From an uncultured Gemmatimonadaceae bacterium (GTDB lineage Bacteria > Gemmatimonadota > Gemmatimonadetes > Gemmatimonadales > Gemmatimonadaceae): a DNA stretch of 64,000 nucleotides. Below, piece after piece: positions 57,074-64,000 of the stretch. A program made the translations under genes and the position numbers. The stretch lies in assembly GCA_963817955.1 (NCBI GenBank), contig CAWFQK010000002.1, positions 448,001-512,000 of the forward strand, in the 5' to 3' direction. The notes below the pieces were generated by a model. It worked only from the letters and a program-made list of their open reading frames with translations. It made no database searches and was not told the origin of the DNA. The stretch's first letter is position 1. Each line of letters opens with the position of its first letter.

Positions 57074-58879
57074 TTATCGAGTAGGGGAGACGCTTGGCGT
57101 GACCATCGCCGTCGCGGGCGTCGCGCGTGCCTCACTGAGCAGGTCGACGGCCGTGTGATAGAGATCCGCCCGCAGCGCCGACCGCTCTTGCACGTGCGCG
57201 AGATACCGGACCGTGATCTCCATGCCGCCCACGATCGGTTTGATGTTGGTCGCCGGCGCGGCGGCGAGGGCGCTCACCCGCGCCGAGCGTGTTCGGCCGG
57301 TCCACTCTCGCTCGGCCCTGCCGGCGCTCCCGGCGGTCGCAGCCTCCACATGCTGCTGCAGCGCACGGGCGATCGGATACGGATCGCGGCCGTCGGGCAC
57401 GACGATCTGCACCTCGTCCCACAGCCACTGGCCAGACGTCGAGAAGTTGAAGTAGTGTCCTTCAATTGCAAAGCTGTTCGTGAACGTCACGCGGCGGCCG
57501 GTGAGATGTCCGGAATCGCTCCAGTGCCCGGTCTCGAGCAGCACGGTATGGAAGATCCCGATCTCCACGACCTCGCCAGTCACCCCATTGATCTCGACGA
57601 GGTCGCCAATGCCGATGCCGTCCTTGCCGAGCAGCACGAACCAGCCGAGGAAGCCAATGATGAAATCCTTCAACGCCACGGTGAGGCCGGCGCCGGCCAG
57701 GCCGAGCATCGTGCCGACGTTCCCCGGCGCGCCGAAGACGACGAGCAGCACCAGCAGCACGCCGACCACCTGCAGCGTCACGCGCACCACGATGCACAAC
57801 GTCTGCGTCCGCCGCTGGTCCGTCGACGTGGTGCGCAGCAAATGCTCGATCCAGCGGTCGACGAGCAGGGCGAGTAGGGCGATGAGCAGGATGATGCCAA
57901 TGCCGCGCAACGCCTGATTGAGCATGGTGCGCTGTTGTCCCCGCACCACGCTCATCCACAGCCCGTAGACATTGGCGAGACCCCGTTGATTCTCGGCGTG
58001 CTGGTCGAGTCGCGCCTGGGCCTTTTGCTCGGCGGCGCGGCGTCTGGTGGCGCGCAGCAATGCATCGGATGAATCGTGACTCAGCCCCGCGGTAGTCGCG
58101 GGCGCGGAGTCATCCGGCGCCACCGGCTGTTGCTCGATCGCACCGTGTTGCTTCGCAAAGACGACGCTCGCTGATTCCGCGGCCGCTTTCGCGTTCCGTA
58201 ACTGCGTCTCTTTTTGCTGCAACGACGACCATGCTTGCAGTTGTCGAACCAGTCCAGGCGGCGTGGTAGGCGGAGTGATGGCAATGCGCGTGCTGTCGGC
58301 GCCCTTCGACGAGGCTTCGTGCTCGTCCATGAGCGCCTGCATGCGGCCCTGCGGATCGCCGCCGGCGCGCATCAGATCCTGCTTGGCGTCGTCGATTTCG
58401 TCCTGATCGAGCTCCAGGCGCGCCCTGATCAATGAGAGTCGGTCATCGAGCGTGGCCTTGTTGGCACCCGTCGCCGACCCAGCGGCGGCCGAGAGTTGCG
58501 CGACGCGTGCCTGGTCGGCAGCCAGACCATCCTGCGCCGTTTTCAGGCGCGCCTCCATGACCTGGACTTCCGGCGTTGTCTGCCGTTGCCTGGCGGCCGC
58601 GTGGACCGCGTCGGCGAACGCGAGATCCATCTCCTTGTCGCCGAGCCGGAGGGCCTCCTGAGCGAGCGCGGCTTCGTCGGCCGTGGTATGAAGGCGGACG
58701 AGCCGAAGCGCAGTATTCAGGGACTGTTGATCGACCGCCGACGTGCCGGCGACGATGGACGCCGATGCGGCGTTCGTGGCCGGAGACGCCACCGGGCGGC
58801 TCGTGGCGAACAGGCCGTATCCGACGACCGCCAGGAGCACGAGGAGGATGATGGCAACGGTAGTCTGCTTGGATCTCAT
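57074..58879 (-). CDS. mscS: MscS family mechanosensitive channel with long N-terminal coiled coil
   Basis: LGLAGAGLTVALKD, IGDLVEINGVTGEV.EIG..T, N....FNFS. Confidence 0.88.
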   Translation of the reverse strand: MRSKQTTVAIILLVLLAVVGYGLFATSRPVASPATNAASASIVAGTSAVDQQSLNTALRLVRLHTTADEAALAQEALRLGDKEMDLAFADAVHAAARQRQTTPEVQVMEARLKTAQDGLAADQARVAQLSAAAGSATGANKATLDDRLSLIRARLELDQDEIDDAKQDLMRAGGDPQGRMQALMDEHEASSKGADSTRIAITPPTTPPGLVRQLQAWSSLQQKETQLRNAKAAAESASVVFAKQHGAIEQQPVAPDDSAPATTAGLSHDSSDALLRATRRRAAEQKAQARLDQHAENQRGLANVYGLWMSVVRGQQRTMLNQALRGIGIILLIALLALLVDRWIEHLLRTTSTDQRRTQTLCIVVRVTLQVVGVLLVLLVVFGAPGNVGTMLGLAGAGLTVALKDFIIGFLGWFVLLGKDGIGIGDLVEINGVTGEVVEIGIFHTVLLETGHWSDSGHLTGRRVTFTNSFAIEGHYFNFSTSGQWLWDEVQIVVPDGRDPYPIARALQQHVEAATAGSAGRAEREWTGRTRSARVSALAAAPATNIKPIVGGMEITVRYLAHVQERSALRADLYHTAVDLLSEARATPATAMVTPSVSPTR

Positions 58880-58916
58880 GGCGTCGCGGTGGGGAGGTCT
58901 CGGGGCAGCGATAGCC

Positions 58917-59288
58917 CTACGCCGGCGCGCCCTGGGCGTCGGGTGCTTCTTCCGGCGCGAACACCTCGACGGCGAAAGAGAATGTACATTGCTCGCCCGG
59001 CGGAATGGCTCCGACACCCACGACCTGGCGATTCACCTCCTCGCCGCGATCATTTGTGATCGTGACCACAACCGCGTACTCCCACGCCTCCCCCACAGTC
59101 GGATGGCGAATGGAGCCTTCCACCCGAAGGGGAGAGAATGTGGGGACAGCGGCGCTCCCATCGGCACCTGCAGCGAATCGCAGGTGCTTTCGGCACGACG
59201 GACACACACTCGTGCTTTGCAGGATCACCGCCCGACAGTGCGGGCAGATACGTGTCGCGCCAGCCGGAGTCCTCCGGACGGTGCTCAC
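58917..59288 (-). CDS. Zn-ribbon + beta-rich hypothetical protein
   Basis: CPHC-x9-CPSC; 4-bp overlap with the bactofilin gene. Confidence 0.75.
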   Translation of the reverse strand: MSTVRRTPAGATRICPHCRAVILQSTSVCPSCRKHLRFAAGADGSAAVPTFSPLRVEGSIRHPTVGEAWEYAVVVTITNDRGEEVNRQVVGVGAIPPGEQCTFSFAVEVFAPEEAPDAQGAPA

Positions 59289-59788
59289 GAGGCTTGGCGA
59301 GTCCCCAGTGTGAGCCCGGACTTGGCAGGAAGCTCCTCACCCCAACCGAACTCGGCCCGCCCGCGCATCCGCGAGCCTGCGGCGACGGTCAGCGTTCCAG
59401 CCTTGAGATCGCCGTTGAGAACGCCCGTCGTCAGCAACTCGACGCTGGCAGCGCTCTCGATATTACCGTCGACCTCTCCGCCGATCGCCACCGATTTTGC
59501 GTGAACGCCGCCGGTGAGCTTGGCGCCGACATCGATTATCAAATTGCCCTCGATGTGGACATCGCCCTCGAACCGGCCCGCGAGCCGCACGTTTCCCGTT
59601 CCGTCGATCTTTCCCGTAATGGTGATGTCGGCCGCAATCACCGACTCCTTCGACTCGCGCGAGGGCGAGTGCCGAACGAGCGACGGCGCCATGTCCGCCA
59701 CGTACTCGGGCTCTGCCTTCAGTGCGATCCCCGGCGACGGCGGCGCCACGTCCTTGTTGGGGCTGGTCTGCTCCTTCCAGATGGCCAT
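59285..59788 (-). CDS. Bactofilin (polymer-forming cytoskeletal protein)
   Basis: SVIAADITITGKI....VRLAGRFEGDV....LTGGV.A..V.IGGEVDGNI..GDL beta-solenoid pattern. Confidence 0.92.
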   Translation of the reverse strand: MAIWKEQTSPNKDVAPPSPGIALKAEPEYVADMAPSLVRHSPSRESKESVIAADITITGKIDGTGNVRLAGRFEGDVHIEGNLIIDVGAKLTGGVHAKSVAIGGEVDGNIESAASVELLTTGVLNGDLKAGTLTVAAGSRMRGRAEFGWGEELPAKSGLTLGTRQAS

Positions 59789-59933
59789 GCGAACATCCTG
59801 TTAGAGGTCGTTGATGGATATCAACGGGTTGACGTCTCTGCTGTTACCCGCGTCACGAGTTTTTGGCGAATTGTCGCTGAGCGCCGGCTCAGCCCGGTGG
59901 CGCCAAGGAACCGGTTGTTAGCGGCTCAGGCGC

Positions 59934-60659
59934 TCACGAAGAGGCGAGCCGAGCGAGGTACGCGCGCACGCGCGAGGCGTTCGTCCCGAGATCACTCTTG
60001 CCGACCCGCGAAACCGAACGAACATCCACCCGGGCCCCAGCGCCCTCGGGGCGAATGCGCACAACGACGTCATCCTTGAAACCGAACCATGACGTCGTCG
60101 CCGTCGCCTCGATGCGGCCCGACGTCGAATCGGCGGCGTCTATGGTCCAGCCCATGGCGTTCGCTGCGGCGAGCGCTCGTGCGAACGCCTCGCCAGGCGC
60201 CAGGCTGAGCTCCAGGGGTCGAATATCCGGATAGGCCTTCTGCTGCATTGCGGCTACGCTGTCGCCCGCGTACGTCGACGGATTTGCCGCGTCCTTGCGA
60301 AGGGGAAGCGCCGCGACGAATTGTGGTGGATCACGCGGGTCGGTCGTGATGTCGTGAATCGGCGGAACCCGCCTGGCTCGTTGGAGAAACATCCATGGCA
60401 CCACGAATGCCGCGCCTCCCATCAACAGTGCCACCGACAGCACGGCGAGCGCGCCACCTCGAGGACGGCTCGCGCCGAGCGCGATCAGCGACAGGATGAC
60501 GGCCGCGATGCCCACGTACGCGGCGTAGCGCAGGAGCATGAGCCCGATCCGATAATTCCAGACGCCAAAGCGCGTCCCCGGTCCCGCGACGATGAGCATC
60601 AGAACCGCGACCAGCGCAACGAGCTCAGCGAACACGCGCACGGCTTTCATTCGGATCAT
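59934..60659 (-). CDS. DUF1499 domain membrane protein
   Basis: Three TMs then PPIHDITTD, AYPDI.P, FGFKDD, VDVRSVSRVGKSDLGTNA.R. Confidence 0.88.
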   Translation of the reverse strand: MIRMKAVRVFAELVALVAVLMLIVAGPGTRFGVWNYRIGLMLLRYAAYVGIAAVILSLIALGASRPRGGALAVLSVALLMGGAAFVVPWMFLQRARRVPPIHDITTDPRDPPQFVAALPLRKDAANPSTYAGDSVAAMQQKAYPDIRPLELSLAPGEAFARALAAANAMGWTIDAADSTSGRIEATATTSWFGFKDDVVVRIRPEGAGARVDVRSVSRVGKSDLGTNASRVRAYLARLASS

Positions 60660-60895
60660 TCCCTTGAAGCGTGCTCAGGGAGCACAGTGGCACCTCGCGC
60701 CCAGACGTCCGCCATGCGGGCAGAACGCGTACCGCGTCGCCAGCACGAGTAGGTGTGCCGGCACGATGTCTGTGCCGGCATGATTTCGGCAGGCCGGAAC
60801 CTCCCGCCGCGCGCGTGACTTGCCCAGTGAACCTGGTGCCCGCGCCGGAAGGCGCGACACCGATCCTCGAGATCGCCACAACGAGGTGAGCACTG

Positions 60896-62233
60896 ATGAG
60901 AGTTCCCGCAACAACTTCGATTGAGTCCGCCACACGTCCGGGTTGTGCTCCCGGCGCGGCAACGCGAGCGCAGGCGCGCCCTGCCACCGAAAGCCGGTAC
61001 GCGGCGGTCCGCACCCAGACCGAGGCGCTCTGTACCACGCTCGCGACCGAAGACTATGTCGTCAGCAGCATGCCGGACGTCAGTCCGACCAAGTGGCACC
61101 TGGCGCACACGAGCTGGTTCTTCGAGACGTTCGTTCTCGCCGCGTTTGCGCCGCACTACCGCACGCCCAATCCGAAGTACGCCTATCTGTTCAATTCGTA
61201 CTACGTGCAGGCCGGCGAGCGCCACTGTCGCGCACAACGCGGACTGGTCACGCGACCGACCGTCGCGGAGGTCTTCGCCTATCGTGCGCACGTCGACGAC
61301 GCCATGCGGTCGCTCCTCTCGAGCATCGGCGACGATCCGGTACACCCTGCCCTGCCGTTGGTCGAATTGGGGCTGCACCATGAGCAACAACATCAGGAAT
61401 TGCTCCTGACGGATATCAAGCATGTGTTCTGGACCAATCCCTTACGGCCGACGTATCGGCCGCGGGTGCAGCAGATGGACGCGCGCTCATCCTCTGAGTT
61501 GCGCTGGCATGACATTCCGGCCGGCGTGCGCTCGATCGGACACGCCGGCGGCGGATTCACGTTCGACAACGAGCGCCCAGCACACCGCGTGTTCATCGAG
61601 CCAGTCCGGATCGCGTCGCGTCTCGTCACCAATGCCGAGTATCTCGCCTTCATTCAGGACGGCGGCTACCGTCGACCGGAGTTGTGGTTGTCAGCAGGAT
61701 ATGCGGCGGCTCAGGATGGGCACTGGGAGGCGCCGCTGTACTGGGACCATACAAGCGACAGCTGGACGGAATTCACGCTAACCGGAACCCGTCCGCTCGA
61801 CCCCGCTGCGCCGGCCTGCCACGTGAGCTATTACGAGGCGGACGCATTCGCGCGGTGGGCCGGCCACCGCTTGCCGACGGAAGCGGAATGGGAAGTTGCA
61901 GCCAGCAAAACACCCGTCGATGGGCAGTTCGTGGAAGCTGAGCATTTTCATCCCGCCCCCGCAGAGCAGAACGCAGACGCTGAGTACCCCGCGCAGCTCT
62001 ACGGCGACGTGTGGCAGTGGACCCAGAGCGCCTACACCGCGTATCCTGGTTATCGTCCACCGCCAGGAGCGATCGGCGAATACAACGGCAAGTGGATGTC
62101 GGACCAATGGGTGTTGCGCGGCGCATCATGCGCGACACCTCGAAGCCACGCACGTCTGACGTACAGAAACTTCTTCCCCTCGGCGATGCGATGGCAGTTT
62201 GCCGGCATCCGTCTCGCGGACGACGCGTCGTGA
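60896..62233 (+). CDS. egtB: Ergothioneine biosynthesis sulfoxide synthase
   Basis: SPTKWHLAHTSWFFE, FNSYY, HHEQQHQEL; FGE-like domain RLPTEAEWE, EYNGK, RG.SCAT. Confidence 0.93.
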   Translation: MRVPATTSIESATRPGCAPGAATRAQARPATESRYAAVRTQTEALCTTLATEDYVVSSMPDVSPTKWHLAHTSWFFETFVLAAFAPHYRTPNPKYAYLFNSYYVQAGERHCRAQRGLVTRPTVAEVFAYRAHVDDAMRSLLSSIGDDPVHPALPLVELGLHHEQQHQELLLTDIKHVFWTNPLRPTYRPRVQQMDARSSSELRWHDIPAGVRSIGHAGGGFTFDNERPAHRVFIEPVRIASRLVTNAEYLAFIQDGGYRRPELWLSAGYAAAQDGHWEAPLYWDHTSDSWTEFTLTGTRPLDPAAPACHVSYYEADAFARWAGHRLPTEAEWEVAASKTPVDGQFVEAEHFHPAPAEQNADAEYPAQLYGDVWQWTQSAYTAYPGYRPPPGAIGEYNGKWMSDQWVLRGASCATPRSHARLTYRNFFPSAMRWQFAGIRLADDAS

Positions 62234-62240
62234 GGAGCGA

Positions 62241-63209
62241 ATGACCTCACCGATCGAACTCCGTGCTGCCCTGGCCGACGTGCACGCGCAACGCTCGGCA
62301 CTCGCCGACGAAGTGTTGCGTGGTTTGCAGGCGCATCCGAAGACGCTGCCGCCGAAACTCTTTTACGACGAGACCGGAGCAAAGTTGTTCGAGGAAATCA
62401 CCGCCCTCCCGGAGTACTACCTGACGCGCGCGGAACTCGAGATTCTCCGCGAGCACGCGTCGGAGATCGCGGCGCTTGCCGGCCCTGGCGCGGCACTCGT
62501 CGAATTCGGGAGCGGCGCCGGCATCAAGGTCCGCCTGTTGCTCGACGCGTTCGAACACCCGGCGGCCTACGTGCCCATCGACGTGTCGCAAGCACAGCTG
62601 GCGAGCGTGGCGAGGGCGGTGGCATCAGACTACCCGGGACTCACCGTTCGTCCGCTATGTGCCGACTACGTCGGCCGCCTCGATCTGCCGCCGTTGCCCA
62701 AGAGCGGACGGCGGGTAGGTTTCTTTCCCGGTTCGACCATCGGTAACATGCATCCGATGGAAGCTGCGGCGTTCCTGCACCGCGTTCGGCGCATGGTCGG
62801 ACCCGCGGGCCAACTCGTGCTCGGTGTCGACCGGCGAAAGGATGCTCAAACACTCGAGGCCGCGTACAACGACTCGGCGGGAGTGACGGCGCGATTCAAC
62901 CTCAACATTCTTTCAAGAATGAACCGCGAGCTGGACGCCGACTTCGACCTCGCACACTTTCGCCATCTGGCATTCTTCAACTCCGACGCGAGTCGAATCG
63001 AGATGCACCTGATGAGCCGCGGCCGCCAGCGAGTCCACGTCGGAGACACGCCGATTGACTTCGAAGACGGCGAAACGATCTGGACTGAGTCGTCGTACAA
63101 GTACGACGAGCGTCGTCTGGAAAACCTCGTCAGAGGCGCAGGCTACGGTGTGGAACGCCTCTGGACTGATCGACGCGAGCAGTTCTGGGTCGCCGTGCTC
63201 AGCACGTGA
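62241..63209 (+). CDS. egtD: L-histidine N-alpha-trimethyltransferase
   Basis: LPPKLFYD..G..LFE.IT.LPEYYLTR.E, EFGSG, GSTIGN, AYND..GVTA.FN.N, TESSYKY. Confidence 0.95.
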   Translation: MTSPIELRAALADVHAQRSALADEVLRGLQAHPKTLPPKLFYDETGAKLFEEITALPEYYLTRAELEILREHASEIAALAGPGAALVEFGSGAGIKVRLLLDAFEHPAAYVPIDVSQAQLASVARAVASDYPGLTVRPLCADYVGRLDLPPLPKSGRRVGFFPGSTIGNMHPMEAAAFLHRVRRMVGPAGQLVLGVDRRKDAQTLEAAYNDSAGVTARFNLNILSRMNRELDADFDLAHFRHLAFFNSDASRIEMHLMSRGRQRVHVGDTPIDFEDGETIWTESSYKYDERRLENLVRGAGYGVERLWTDRREQFWVAVLST

Positions 63210-63877
63210 CGACGCGATCAGCGTCGGATCGGACCATCGTCGTGTTCGTTCGCGCGCCGGAGCGCGGTCGCGTGAAGACTCGTCTCGCCGCCGAACTGGG
63301 GACCGATGAAGCGCTGGGGATCTATCGGCGTCTGGCTGAACACACGCTACGCGCGGTGCGTCAGGTCGGCCATGCGCGTGTCGTGGTGTGTTACACGCCC
63401 GCCGACGCACGAGCGGCCGTTGCGGCGTGGCTTGGCGATGACGTCGAGCTTCGCGCGCAACGAGACGCCGATCTTGGAGTGCGGATGGCCGGTGCAATCG
63501 AGGATGCGCTTGCGGGTGGGACCGGTCCCGTTGCCATAGTTGGAACGGATTGTCCCGGTCTCGATCCGCAGCTCATCGATCGCGCCTTCGCCGAGCTCGC
63601 GAACGCGGATGTCGTTCTCGGCCCCGCGATGGACGGCGGCTACTATCTGCTGGCCGTGAAGCGGAATCACCCTGCCCTGTTCGCCGGCATTCCGTGGAGC
63701 TCGCCCGAGACATTCGCCGCAACGACGTCCGCCGCGGCGGTGGCAGGGCTGCGTGTCGGCCTGCTCGACCAGCGGCGCGACATCGACACGGCCGAGGATT
63801 GGGCGGCGTGGTGTGCCGAGGCGCCAGAGTGGGGATCGTACTCTCTGCCGAACACGTCACGGACCGAGGAGCCTTAG
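63206..63877 (+). CDS. DUF2064/TIGR04282-type (CofC-like, GT-A fold) transferase
   Basis: RAP..GRVKTRL, Q..DLG.RM, VGTDCP, VLGPA.DGGYYL, IPWS, DIDTAED; GTGA overlap with the egtD stop. Confidence 0.88.
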   Translation: MTTRSASDRTIVVFVRAPERGRVKTRLAAELGTDEALGIYRRLAEHTLRAVRQVGHARVVVCYTPADARAAVAAWLGDDVELRAQRDADLGVRMAGAIEDALAGGTGPVAIVGTDCPGLDPQLIDRAFAELANADVVLGPAMDGGYYLLAVKRNHPALFAGIPWSSPETFAATTSAAAVAGLRVGLLDQRRDIDTAEDWAAWCAEAPEWGSYSLPNTSRTEEP

Positions 63878-63952
63878 CAGACTGTTGAAACGGTGCTGGC
63901 CAGAAGTCAGGAAATCGAGGGCATGCTCGCCGAACGCCAAGTTCGGGGGACC

Positions 63953-64000
63953 CTGTCCGCCTGAGCGAAGGCTGTCATCCTGAGCGAAGGCTGTCATCCT
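63953..64000 (+). repeat. 19-bp tandem copies of the REP-like core (continues beyond window)
   Basis: CTGTCCGCCTGAGCGAAGG, CTGTCATCCTGAGCGAAGG, CTGTCATCCT... Confidence 0.8.

Noticed and set aside
60896..63877. Canonical selenoneine (senABC) cluster
   Set aside because: No selD/senC in the window, the transferase is not SenB-like, and EgtB keeps standard sulfoxide synthase motifs
63953..64000. Possible CRISPR array start
   Set aside because: The 19-bp units are directly adjacent with no spacers, and no cas genes are in the window

Overview
GC-rich bacterial chromosomal window. Gene content suggests Gemmatimonadota: carboxypeptidase-regulatory-like proteins, duplicated orphan ABC permeases and Gly/Arg-rich periplasmic peptidases. 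This assignment is inference. Housekeeping blocks are cstA-ybdD, a truncated atp operon (atpZ-atpI-like-atpB-atpE-atpF-atpH, ending in a terminator with no alpha/gamma/beta/epsilon genes), several peptidases, moxR, a TetR-TolC-HlyD-ABC efflux operon, a 2-oxoacid:acceptor oxidoreductase operon and egtB-egtD. The most unusual item is an orphan, signal-peptide-bearing protein (12956-13786) that aligns by eye with the T6SS tube protein Hcp but carries an ~80-aa membrane-fusion-protein-like alpha-hairpin insert. Other notable items: an M1 aminopeptidase fused to an Omp85-like barrel; an oxoacid oxidoreductase delta subunit with an embedded GltD-like flavin/NAD(P) module; orphan norQ-norD; egtBD translationally coupled to a DUF2064/TIGR04282-type transferase; a bactofilin-Zn-ribbon-MscS operon; an HTH-MNT/HEPN pair; and a strongly structured atpB-atpE spacer. 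Two genes are split by single-base indels, either assembly errors or recent pseudogenisation. No rRNA, tRNA, CRISPR array, integrase or transposase was recognised. All family calls come from motif recognition by eye, not database searches.
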